NCBI RefSeq assembly: GCF_036971445.1
Contig: NC_091477.1
Span: 4,712,001 to 4,776,000, forward strand
Direction: 5' to 3'
DNA: 64,000 nucleotides
Source of the DNA: Narcine bancroftii
Taxonomy: Eukaryota
Positions 13,299-24,087 of this stretch are shown here, piece by piece. The stretch's first letter is position 1. Each line of letters begins with the position of its first letter. Both the position numbers and the translations under genes were made by a program. The notes under the pieces are model-generated. The model did not search any database. It was not told the origin of the DNA and saw only the letters and a program-made list of their open reading frames with translations.

Positions 13299-15647
13299 AT
13301 GAGCAAAATGCTATTTTTTATTTTAGTTATTTGCACATTGAACCAGGGGCTGGGTCTGATTCGCTATTCTATTCCGGAGGAAATGGAATATGGTTCTTCC
13401 ATTGGGAATATTGCTGAACATTTGGGACTAAGCATTCAAGAACTTTCAGCTCGAAAATGTCGCCTGGTATCCACTGACAAAGTACAGAATTTGGAAATAA
13501 ATTTAGAGACCGGTGTTTTATTTGTTAGCGGTCGCATAGACAGAGAACGGCTTTGCGGGCAGAGACGATCCTGTCGTCTTGCCTTTCAGATAATACTCGA
13601 CAACCCCATGGAAATGTACCGCGGTGAGGTGGATATTGTGGATATAAATGATAATTCACCCTCTTTCCCAGACAACAACATTCTTTTTCAAATTGCCGAA
13701 TCTATTGCACCAGGCTCGCGTTTCCCACTAGAGAGCGCTCTCGATCCAGACGTGGGGACGAACACAGTCACACAGTATACGATCAGCCCCAATGAGCATT
13801 TCGGTCTGAAGGTGAATGTCAGAAAGGATAATGTCAAAACTGCAGATTTGTTGTTAGAGAAACCTTTGGACCGTGAACGTCAGGCATCTTTCCATCTTTT
13901 GCTTACTGCCGTTGATGGAGGCAGACCTCCAAGATCTGGAACAACTCAAATTACCATCAACGTTCTGGATATCAATGATAATGTACCTGTGTTCGAGAAT
14001 GATGTATACACGGCGAGTCTGGAAGAAAACGCACCATTGGGTACTTTGGTGATGAAAATTAAAGCAGTCGATCTGGATCAAGGAACAAATGGTGAATTAA
14101 AATATTCTTTCGTTAATCTCGTACGTGAGTTGTTCAGTTTGGACCCTGTAACGGGAGAGATCAGAGTTCAAAAACAGCTGGACTTTGAAGTAGCCAACAA
14201 TTATGAATTTGATGTCCAAGCCGCGGACAACGGTTCACCAGCGACCACAGGACATTCCAAAGTGCTGATCGAATTAATTGATGTTAATGATAATGCCCCC
14301 GATATAACAGTGACCTCCCTGACTGGCAAAGTCCCCGAGGATGCTGCGCCCGGGACTGTGGTAGCTCTGATGGATATTACGGATCTCGATTCTGGGGAAA
14401 ATGGACGGGTTCACTGTCATATACCACTGGAATTACCCTTTAAAATTCAATCGTCCCTGAATAACCATTATAAATTAGTCATAAGCCGTCTGTTGGATCG
14501 AGAGAAGGCCCCAAGTTATAATATACCTCTCATGGCTTGGGACTCCGGATCTCCTCCAATGTCAACAAACAAAACAATCCAGATATCTGTGTCTGATATA
14601 AACGACAACGCACCAAGATTTTCGCAATCCTCCTACACTCTATATGTGATGGAGAACAACGTTCCGGGCGCGTCTATATTCGCACTTACTGCATTGGATC
14701 CTGACCTGGACCAAAACTCCTACATTTTCTATTCCATTACAGAAAATCGGAATTCTTTGCTGCCCACTTATCTCAGCATTAACTCGATGAACGGCACTAT
14801 TTACGCCCAACATTCCTTCGACTACGAGGCGCTGAAAACCTTCCAGATCCAAGTCCAAGCCCGTGACGCTGGGATGCCCCCGCTGAGCAGCAGCGCGGCG
14901 GTAAACGTGATCATCCTGGATCAAAATGATAACGCACCGGTTATTGTTTCACCTTCAGACCAGAGTGGATCAACAATTGTGGAGAAGGTGTCCCAGTCAG
15001 CCGGCCAAGGATACTTGGTGACCAAGGTATTGGCAACTGATGCAGATTCCGGTCAGAACGCCCGGCTCTCCTACCAAATGGTTCAAGCAACCGATCCAAC
15101 TCTATTCAGCGTGGGGCGGAATTCGGGCGAAATCAGGACATCGAGAAGCATTTTGGACCTGGATGATACCTCGCAAAGTCTGGTCGTTTTAGTGAAGGAC
15201 AACGGACACCCGAGCCTGTCCAGTACAGCTACAATCCACGTGTCGATTTTGGGCAACGTCAGCGAGAAAATCTCTGAAACCAGCAATTTGCACAGTACCC
15301 CTGGATACTTCTCCGACATAAATCTGTATTTAATTGTCACATTCGGATCCACTTCGGTTATATTCCTTCTTACTATAATCTTCTTGGTTGCATTAAAATG
15401 TAAGCAGGATGTGGGCGTTGTTTACGTTGATGGATGTCGAGTTCCCTGTTGCAAGCGAAGGAAACCAAAGGACACCAATGGTCGGGGCTCTGCGCCAAGG
15501 GATCACTTAAACTATACTGCCACTGGTCAGACAGCACCGTTCCATGACAGTTATCATTATTCGGTTTGCTTGTCATCGGAATCATCCAAAAGTGAATTTC
15601 TTTACCTGAAACCACACAATCCATCGTTGGATCAAGCACACCGATAA
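13299..15647 (+). CDS. Clustered-type protocadherin gene 2, single exon; probable start ATG 13299 (alternative 13308)
   Basis: Full signal peptide-EC1-6-TM-tail. The ORF-track start at 13272 is GTG; the first in-frame ATG is 13299. Has a 4-aa deletion in EC3 relative to gene 3. Confidence 0.92.
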   Translation: MSKMLFFILVICTLNQGLGLIRYSIPEEMEYGSSIGNIAEHLGLSIQELSARKCRLVSTDKVQNLEINLETGVLFVSGRIDRERLCGQRRSCRLAFQIILDNPMEMYRGEVDIVDINDNSPSFPDNNILFQIAESIAPGSRFPLESALDPDVGTNTVTQYTISPNEHFGLKVNVRKDNVKTADLLLEKPLDRERQASFHLLLTAVDGGRPPRSGTTQITINVLDINDNVPVFENDVYTASLEENAPLGTLVMKIKAVDLDQGTNGELKYSFVNLVRELFSLDPVTGEIRVQKQLDFEVANNYEFDVQAADNGSPATTGHSKVLIELIDVNDNAPDITVTSLTGKVPEDAAPGTVVALMDITDLDSGENGRVHCHIPLELPFKIQSSLNNHYKLVISRLLDREKAPSYNIPLMAWDSGSPPMSTNKTIQISVSDINDNAPRFSQSSYTLYVMENNVPGASIFALTALDPDLDQNSYIFYSITENRNSLLPTYLSINSMNGTIYAQHSFDYEALKTFQIQVQARDAGMPPLSSSAAVNVIILDQNDNAPVIVSPSDQSGSTIVEKVSQSAGQGYLVTKVLATDADSGQNARLSYQMVQATDPTLFSVGRNSGEIRTSRSILDLDDTSQSLVVLVKDNGHPSLSSTATIHVSILGNVSEKISETSNLHSTPGYFSDINLYLIVTFGSTSVIFLLTIIFLVALKCKQDVGVVYVDGCRVPCCKRRKPKDTNGRGSAPRDHLNYTATGQTAPFHDSYHYSVCLSSESSKSEFLYLKPHNPSLDQAHR
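13725..13739 (+). promoter_or_regulatory. Putative exonic CTCF site in gene 2
   Basis: CCACTAGAGAGCGCT. Confidence 0.55.
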
Positions 15648-16729
15648 ATCTCAACGTTGTGGGAAACCCAAAGGTTTTAAAAAAATACCCATATATATTT
15701 AAATTGGTTTGAGAGCCCATTGCCTGTGAAATATCTCCCATTATTTGATCCGCAGCAAAAGAAAATTGTGTTAAACCGGCTTTGTTATTAAGTAAAGGAA
15801 ATAGGTAGAAATAATTTGCTGTACTCTTTAATCATCTCGACTACCGATGGACAAAAAGCCGAAATTGTATCAGGTTTTAGCCCTGTTTCTAAAACCACCC
15901 TTTGGATATATTATAATGCAACTGTCATTCAACACATTCACACTGTTTATATATAGGCATCATGTTGTGGCATGCTCTCTATGCCATTTTAATCTTTCAA
16001 ATATATGCTGTTTTACGCACCATTGAAATATGTTCTAAACTAGTTACCCGCTGTAGCGAGATATCAATGCTAAACGCGTGCATTCTTTTTAATGACCTAT
16101 TTTGCAGCATTAATTTTAGTGATTTCCTTGATCAATTTTACACCAATCCCCCTTTCAGATTCCCAGCTTTCAAGCGTTACCACAAAACACAACTTCGTGA
16201 ATTATATACCTTCTAGTTCACTTTGCAATCGTATGTAAATTCCACGTTTATTAACGTATTCTACCTTCGTCACGTAATTTCCTGAACATAATACGTTAAT
16301 CTGGAGACATGAGCTTTCTTTGCCAATACTAATTTTTAAAAATTTATAAAATATATGACGAATTCCTTGGTTTAAATTTCTATCATAGCAAATAATGAAT
16401 TGTTGTTGGCGCAACATTAATGCCCTTCCAAATACAATTTTCCATCATTGACAAGTTTGCATTCTCACTGCAATCATTTCTCTCCGTTTCCTGATGGAAA
16501 TTATTCATTTCTTATCTATTCCACTGAAAATCAATTTAAACGCCATGCTTTAATATCCGACATAATTCCATCTAGAGTATCATATTGAAATATTGTTGAC
16601 GATACTAAGAAAGTCGCTTCATCCACTTTATCCATGCAAAAACGTCCTGTTACCTTTCAGTTGGCTAAGGATTGAATATTTTCTTTTAAAATCCACAAGA
16701 ACTATGCTTTTCTTTGCTTTATCTATTTT

Positions 16730-16853
16730 GTATACTCACATGCCGCCTGAAGTAATCCCTTAGTAACCTCAGAGCAGCTATACCACAGGTCTCTGGGGCT
16801 AGTAAAAATAACATCAGGTGGTATTTGAGTGGAAAAAAGCTTGAGAACCACTG
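16730..16853. mobile_element. hAT MITE single unit (left end degraded)
   Basis: ctcacatgccgcctgaagtaatccc...ggtggtatttgagtgg...ttgagaaccactg. Confidence 0.65.
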
Positions 16854-17291
16854 ATTACATCATTCGGCAAAAATGACCTTTATACCATTGACCTTTTTAA
16901 TACCTAACTATAAATAAAAATGAAAATATCTGCCTGTTAATCCGGAGTCCGAAGCCATAATAGGTATATTATAACAAACAATATTAGCTTATCACGTGTG
17001 AACATTATTTTTGACATTACCTCTCTGCATTATTCCAACTACGTGGTGCATTTTACTCGGATCCAAGATTTTACCGTCTTGGATTTTGATTATTTTATTA
17101 GTGATTAACTTTCCAAATTCCTTAGATTATTTCTTATTCTAAGAGATTGTATAGTTTCCACACCACCCTGAATATAAATGACGTGAAACAACTGTCAATC
17201 ATTTTTAGGACTGGTATCAATGCAGGTGAACTTGTTACGCTTTCATTTTACAAAGAAAACATGAGCATTCACGTTTATATTCTCCCTATGA

Positions 17292-17450
17292 CATTTGTTC
17301 TCAACCTTCCCCCCCTCCCCTCACATACCACCTCACGTAATCCCCTACTAACCACGGAGAACATATGGCATAGGATGCGTCGATGCTCTGTGGTTAAGAA
17401 GGGATTCCTTCAGGTGGTATTTGAGTGCAAATAAAGGTTGAGAACCACTG
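17292..17450. mobile_element. hAT MITE single unit
   Basis: gttctcaacc...ggttgagaaccactg inverted termini with a palindromic core. Confidence 0.7.
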
Positions 17451-18857
17451 CTGTATAGTTCCTTTATTACTTTCATTTATTTTGCAGAAGTTTCTCAATT
17501 TAATCTTCCCACGCCCCCCCCCCCCCACACGTCTGTGGATTTCATTTAAAAACAAAACAACGCTGGAAATAAAACTCAGGTGCTGAGCCAGAATCCAAAG
17601 ATAGGAAAACGATTTAATGTTTATCATTCCGGATCTGAATCTGTATCACTTTATCTTTTTGAGGATAGTGTTGTGATTTTCAATAATTCGTTGCTGTTTT
17701 ATTTAAGATTTCTGGCATCTTCCATTTTTGTTATAGTCACAGAATCAACAGTGTGTTTCCTCACTACATTTCAATTGACACCCCCCTCCACGGCATGGCG
17801 ATTCCTCGCCGTGAAAACCTATTTTCCACGGTAAATCCTTCCTTTTAACTCTTATCATTCACACGTTAAAGTGGTCTCGAGATTGCTTGAACACAAATAC
17901 CGATACAGCTACAAAAAAATCACTTTAGCAAAGCATGAGAACTCCGTTACAGCAAGAAGCACAGCCATAACCAGATAGTTTCACCCAAACAGCGTCTGCC
18001 TCGTGGTTTTCGAATCATATATTTATTAGGCAGAACCCCTACGTTTCTAGAACATTCGAACAGACTGGTCCATATTTCTTAGAATTCCACTGGGATGCGT
18101 TAATCAGGGTAATTTCCCTTACCCAATACTTTATTATTCCTTTACCAGATAAGGGTGTCGTTATCAGCTCCAGCTGATAACAGGAAAGAAAGGAACGCAA
18201 CTAGCTTCTTTCTTCCAGCCAACATTTTAAAACTTACATTCTCACACACATTTAACTATTTCAAGCAGCTGCAGTGAAAAACAACTTATCTTCCCTGTTT
18301 TAATTCTTAAAATGCTGTAACGAATTATTGTTTTATTCTTTCTTAGTCATCGCTCGCATCCTGGTCTTAGGACCATGCGCGCGCACACACACATGGGTCT
18401 ATCTTGAGGGAAGTGGGCGTTGGGGCACGGACAACGGAAACGGGAATGCACTCCATCTCCCAATTACTACGAAGCCCATACTAGTGGGTACTGGAAGCAC
18501 TGAACTTAGAGCGAGAGCAACAAGTTTACGCAATCTTTGAAGTCATTTCATCTATCATAATAACACGCTTTTCTGTTTTAATTCCAAATGAATGACTGTT
18601 TTCCTGTTATGCAGAAAGTTCTATTATTATTGCTGGCACCGACCTCCCCTCCCCCATTTGTTTTGAACATTTCACCGCTTTTATTGTTTTAAACGTTATT
18701 TGGAATCAGAAATACTCTGTCCTATCCTGTAAAGGAGATTGGTATAATTGGAGTAGGATCTCAGATTTTTATATCGTATTTGTGTGGAAATTCATGCGGT
18801 GCTGGCGGATGAATGTACATGTTGGACACAAATGAACGTAGTCTCCCATGGCTAAAA

Positions 18858-19006
18858 GAGTGGTACTCAATCTTTCTTTCCTACTCACATACCACCTTAA
18901 GTAATCCCTTACAAACCACAAAGCACTTATCTACCATAAGTGCTCTGTAGCTAGTAAGGGATTACTTAAGGCGGCATGTAAGTGGAAAAAAGGTTGAAAA
19001 CCATTG
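18858..19006. mobile_element. hAT MITE single unit
   Basis: gagtggtactcaa...ttgaaaaccattg termini; ccaccttaagtaatccctt / aagggattacttaaggcgg stem. Confidence 0.75.
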
Positions 19007-19343
19007 GGTGAAACGGAATGTCAACGACGTTTTCTTAAAAAGAACGGATGTATTGGAAATACGAGTTATACCTTTGACTAATAAATACATACCTATATGA
19101 TACCTTTGTAGACCGAGATATCTCAGCTTCTACAGAAAATATTGTTAATATGATAAACAAATGACGTGGAATATATTGCAACCTATTGTCTGGAAAATTA
19201 CAGATCAATTTGATTCAAAGATCGATCAAGTGGAATGCAATAAGTTTGAATAATTTGCCAAATCAATGTTGAAAATAAAAATATACACGTTTAAATAAAT
19301 GTTTCCATATTTTAACTAAACAATGCGATTCCAAGAACAGTCT

Positions 19344-19420
19344 AGCTTTAAGAACTGCATCGTCTAACCCCGACAACCAATAGGAACCCACTTTCGGCGA
19401 GAGATCCATTGTCCCTCCCC
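19344..19420 (+). promoter_or_regulatory. Pcdh promoter module 3 with ~23-bp deletion over the CSE
   Basis: GCTTTAAGA to CCAAT is 32 bp here and 54-55 bp in the other four modules; CCAAT and GATCCATTG are intact. Confidence 0.75.
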
Positions 19421-19617
19421 ATTGCAGACCGAAAATGTGTTTCCATTTACATTGCAGAACCAAGCTCCGACGCACACAATCTTTAGAAATTTTGCATGCA
19501 GGTATCTCGGTCAAGGGATTTTATTTCCGAGGCACCTCTTGAAATATTTTGGGAGGAAAAACAAATCTGGCGCAGAGAATAGCGAATTCGAAGAGTCACA
19601 ACGTTTTGAAAATTACG

Positions 19618-21969
19618 ATGCTGTTTTATATTTTCCTTGTTTGCGCACTGAACCAGGGGCTGGGTCTAATTCGCTATTCTATTCCAGAGGAATTGGAATA
19701 TGGCTCTTCTGTTGGGAATATTGCTGAACATTTGGGACTGAGCGTTCGCGAATTATCAGCTCGAAAATGTCGCCTGGTCTCCGCTGATGAAAGACAGCAT
19801 TTGGAGGTAAATTTAGAAACTGGAGTATTGTTTGTAAGCAATCGAATAGACAGAGAAGAGCTTTGCATTCAGAACCCTTCCTGCACACTTGCTTTCCGGA
19901 TAATATTAGAAATGCCGCTCGAAATGTACCGCGGTGAGGTGGATATTGTGGATATAAATGATAATTCACCCTCTTTCCCAGACAACAACATTCTTTTTCA
20001 AATTGCCGAATCTATTGCACCAGGCTCGCGTTTCCCACTAGAGAGCGCTCTCGATCCAGACGTGGGGACGAACACAGTCACACAATATACGATCAGCCCC
20101 AATGAGCATTTCGGTCTGAAGGTGAATGTCAGAAAGGATAATGTCAAAACTGCAGATTTGTTGTTAGAGAAACCTTTGGACCGTGAACGTCAGGCATCTT
20201 TCCATCTTTTGCTTACTGCCGTTGATGGAGGCAGACCTCCAAGATCTGGAACAACTCAAATTACCATCAACGTTCTGGATATCAATGATAATGTACCTGT
20301 GTTCGAGAATGATGTATACACGGCGAGTCTGGAAGAAAACGCACCATTGGGTACTTTGGTGATGAAAATTAAAGCAGTCGATCTGGATCAAGGAACAAAT
20401 GGTGAATTAAAATATTCTTTCGCTAATCTCGTCCCAGGGAGCGTACGTCAGTTGTTCAGTTTGGACCCTGTAACGGGAGAGATCAGAGTTCAAAAACAGC
20501 TGGACTTTGAAGTAGCCAACAATTATGAATTTGATGTCCAAGCCGCGGACAACGGTTCACCAGCGATCACAGGACATTCCAAAGTGCTGATCGAATTGAC
20601 TGATGTTAATGATAATGCCCCCGATATAACAGTGACCTCCCTGACTGGCAAGGTCCCCGAGGATGCTGCACCCGGGACATTGGTTGCTCTTATCGATGTT
20701 AAGGATCGCGATTCTGGAGAAAATGGAAAAATCCAATGCCATATTCCATTTGGAATTCCCTTCAACATTCTATCTTCCTTGACTAACCATTATAAGGTAA
20801 CGACCAGCAGTTTATTGGATCGGGAAACGATTCCACAATACAATATAACAATTGTAGCCTGGGACTCTGGGGCTCCTTCACTATCAACAAATAAAACCAT
20901 CCAGATATCGGTATCTGATGTAAACGACAACACACCACGATTTTCGCAATCCTCCTACACTCTATATGTGATGGAGAACAACGTTCCGGGCGCGTCTATA
21001 TTCGCACTTACTGCATTCGATCCTGACCTAGACCAAAACTCCTACATTTTCTATTCTATCAAAGAAAATCGGAATTCTTTGTTGCCCACTTATCTCAGCA
21101 TTAACTCGATGAACGGCACCATTTACGCCCAACACTCCTTCGACTACGAGGCGCTGAAAACCTTCCAGATCCAAGTCCAAGCCCGTGACGCTGGGATGCC
21201 CCCGCTGAGCAGCAGCGCGGCGGTAAACGTGATCATCCTGGATCAAAATGACAACGCACCGGTTATTGCCTCGCCTTCAGGCCAGAGTGGATCAACAATT
21301 GTGGAGATGGTGTCCCAGTCAGCCGGTCAAGGATACTTGGTGACCAGGGTATTGGCAACTGATGCAGATTCCGGTCAGAATGCCCGGCTCTCCTACCAAA
21401 TGGTTCAAGCAACCGATCCAACTCTATTCAGCGTGGGGCGGAATTCGGGCGAAATCAGGACATCGAGAAGCATTTTGGATCTGGATGATACCTCGCAAAG
21501 TCTGGTCGTTTTAGTGAAGGACAACGGACACCCGAGCCTGTCCAGTACAGCTACAATCCACGTGTCGATTTTGGGCAACGTCAGTGAGAAAATCTCTGAA
21601 ACCAGCAATTTGCACAGTACCCCTGGATACTTCTCCGACATAAATCTGTATTTAATTGTCACATTCGGATCCACTTCGGTTATATTCCTTCTTACTATAA
21701 TCTTCTTGGTTGCATTAAAATGTAAGCAGGATGTGGGCATTGTATACGTTGATGGATGTCGACTTCCCTGTTGCAAGCGAAGGAAACCAAAGGACACCAA
21801 TGGTCGGGGCTCTGCGCCAAGGGATCAGTTGGACTACAGCACAGATTGTCAGACAGCACAGTTCCATGAGAGGTATCATTACTCGGTTTGCTTGTCACCG
21901 GAATCATCCAAGAGCGAATTTCTTTTCTTGAAACCCTGCAATCCATCCTTGTCTGAAGGGCATTGTTAA
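19618..21969 (+). CDS. Clustered-type protocadherin gene 3, single exon; probable start ATG 19618
   Basis: Full domain set. The ORF-track start at 19549 is TTG; the first in-frame ATG directly precedes the hydrophobic signal peptide MLFYIFLVCAL. Confidence 0.92.
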   Translation: MLFYIFLVCALNQGLGLIRYSIPEELEYGSSVGNIAEHLGLSVRELSARKCRLVSADERQHLEVNLETGVLFVSNRIDREELCIQNPSCTLAFRIILEMPLEMYRGEVDIVDINDNSPSFPDNNILFQIAESIAPGSRFPLESALDPDVGTNTVTQYTISPNEHFGLKVNVRKDNVKTADLLLEKPLDRERQASFHLLLTAVDGGRPPRSGTTQITINVLDINDNVPVFENDVYTASLEENAPLGTLVMKIKAVDLDQGTNGELKYSFANLVPGSVRQLFSLDPVTGEIRVQKQLDFEVANNYEFDVQAADNGSPAITGHSKVLIELTDVNDNAPDITVTSLTGKVPEDAAPGTLVALIDVKDRDSGENGKIQCHIPFGIPFNILSSLTNHYKVTTSSLLDRETIPQYNITIVAWDSGAPSLSTNKTIQISVSDVNDNTPRFSQSSYTLYVMENNVPGASIFALTAFDPDLDQNSYIFYSIKENRNSLLPTYLSINSMNGTIYAQHSFDYEALKTFQIQVQARDAGMPPLSSSAAVNVIILDQNDNAPVIASPSGQSGSTIVEMVSQSAGQGYLVTRVLATDADSGQNARLSYQMVQATDPTLFSVGRNSGEIRTSRSILDLDDTSQSLVVLVKDNGHPSLSSTATIHVSILGNVSEKISETSNLHSTPGYFSDINLYLIVTFGSTSVIFLLTIIFLVALKCKQDVGIVYVDGCRLPCCKRRKPKDTNGRGSAPRDQLDYSTDCQTAQFHERYHYSVCLSPESSKSEFLFLKPCNPSLSEGHC
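20035..20049 (+). promoter_or_regulatory. Putative exonic CTCF site in gene 3
   Basis: CCACTAGAGAGCGCT. Confidence 0.55.
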
Positions 21970-23443
21970 AGCATAGGTTTATGGTAAATCCTAGGGCAGT
22001 CTTTGTAAAATGCACCTGTTTCTGAAAAGGTATGTTGCCTTTCAAGCATCGCAAATCTTTACAGCATTTTCAATAAAAGGGTATAATATATCACGTTTTG
22101 TTCTAAAGGAAATAGCATATCTAACAAATTAGTCCCGTGTGCTAACTAATAGTAACGTTAATTGCCTAGCTCCAAATCTGACCTACCCCACTCCCTCTAT
22201 ATCAGTTCAGATGGTTGTTATTTTGATTCTATTATTTGGGCTTATGGTTATGCCTTGAACTGTTAAGCGGCAACTTGAGGAAATGACATTTTATTTCTCC
22301 GTTCCTGCCAATAAGTAATTTTGAAATTTTATTCACAACACTGGAGTTGTGTTTATAGTTCTGTTTAGTTAATTAGGAAGGTCTTTTAATAAATAAATTA
22401 TAAATGCTAAAATGCGTCACCCGCGATATTCAGTGAATGAGAAGATACCTTGCCAGCTGCTTGTAACCCTTATGTTAGCTCCAGTTACTGTTCTTCGTTG
22501 TTTCTCCTTTTACGCAGTGCCACTTACTCTCACTGCACATGTCAATTTAGATGCTCCTACTAGTCGTAGCTTTTATCTCCCCATTAGCACATTTCATATC
22601 ACAAACGCAGAAATGCTGGAGAAACTCAGCCGGTCTGTCAGAATCTATAGGCGGTAATGTAATATAACCGTGTTATGTAACAAGCGAAGCAATGCTTGAC
22701 CGACTGAGTATCTCTGGCATTGTGTTTTTACAATTTATTTATACATAAGATTATGAGATGCTTCGCTGACTTCTCAGTAGCCAACCATTTCAGTTTTGTG
22801 TCACACTCCCATACTTACATGTCTGTCTCTGGCCTTATGTAGTGTCCCACCAAGACCACCTGCAAATTGGAGGAACACACTTGATTTTCTGCTGGGCACT
22901 CTCCAGCCAGATGGTATTAACATCGACTTTTCTGGTTTCCTTTCCCTTCCTCTTTCCAGTTTTCCTCCCTCCCTTTCCTCCCTATTCACATAGCCACCCC
23001 TCTTCCACCTGATGGATGCTGGCCCCTCCCTCTCTTTTCCACCTATCATCTCCTGTCTTTGGGACTACGCTTCCCCCATTCTCTTGTTCAGACGCCTACC
23101 GACATTTTTCCATACCTTGTCGAAATTCTCAAATCCAAAATGTCAGTAATGTATTTTTTTTTAGCTTTGCTATATAAAGGACACTGCTGAGTTTCTCCGG
23201 CATTATGTTTCACAATTTATTTAGACATAAACGACTTTTTGCGCTTTAGCCCTTCTTCAATTATGAGGAAAAAAAAAAGACAAGTACCTGAATTAAAAGG
23301 CCGCGGAGGAGGGAAGAAAATGCAGGGGAGCAGCGTAGACCAACCACAAGATGTGTGAATTCGACATTTGGAGGCGGACGGGAGGGGAAAGGTGAGAATT
23401 AATCGGGCGAGTAGATGGCTCTGTGAATGCAGAGTTGGAGGAA

Positions 23444-23613
23444 NNNNNNNNNNNNNNNNNNNNNNNNNNNNNNNNNNNNNNNNNNNNNNNNNNNNNNNNN
23501 NNNNNNNNNNNNNNNNNNNNNNNNNNNNNNNNNNNNNNNNNNNNNNNNNNNNNNNNNNNNNNNNNNNNNNNNNNNNNNNNNNNNNNNNNNNNNNNNNNNN
23601 NNNNNNNNNNNNN
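23444..23613. other. Assembly gap (N run)
   Basis: Run of n. Confidence 0.98.
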
Positions 23614-23865
23614 AACTGGAGAATTCGATGTTAATGGCATCTGGTTCTAGGGTGCCAAGACAAATCTTTGAACCAGATGGCATGCATTCATAAAGCAACC
23701 CTTTCGTTCCTTCTTCCCAGGATTTTAATTCAGGCGCCTGCCCGCTTTTTACTCATACGATGAAGAAGGGCTCAGACCCGAAAGGTCCGATATATATCTT
23801 AACCTCCTATGGACGATGTGAGGCCATCTGACTTACTCTATAATTTTAAACTTTTAAATTTAAAT

Positions 23866-24087
23866 TCAGACATAGAGCACGGTTACAGGCCATTCCGGCC
23901 CACTAGTCCGTATTCCCTCTATACCCAATAAACCTGCAAAGCCCGGTACTTTTCTAACTGTGGGAGGAAACCGGAGCCCCTGGGAAAAACCACACAGACA
24001 TGGGGAGAACGAAAAACACCTTACAGACAGTGCAGGATTCGAACCTAGGTCCTGATCGCGGCGCTGTAGAAGCATTGCGCTAACCGT
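23866..24087 (-). mobile_element. tRNA-derived SINE (V-SINE/HE1-like)
   Basis: Minus strand: ggttagcgcaatg (A box-like), ggttcgaatcc (B box), then ggctccggtttcctcccac. Confidence 0.75.

Noticed and set aside
6987-21800. Repeated antisense ORFs (MIQDDHVY..., MDPNVTIK..., MIQIDCFN...) present in several copies
   Set aside because: They are reverse-strand shadows of the near-identical Pcdh coding tracts, not independent genes.
24030-24087. tRNA gene
   Set aside because: The A/B boxes belong to a SINE head and continue into a V-domain and LINE-like tail; there is no complete cloverleaf.
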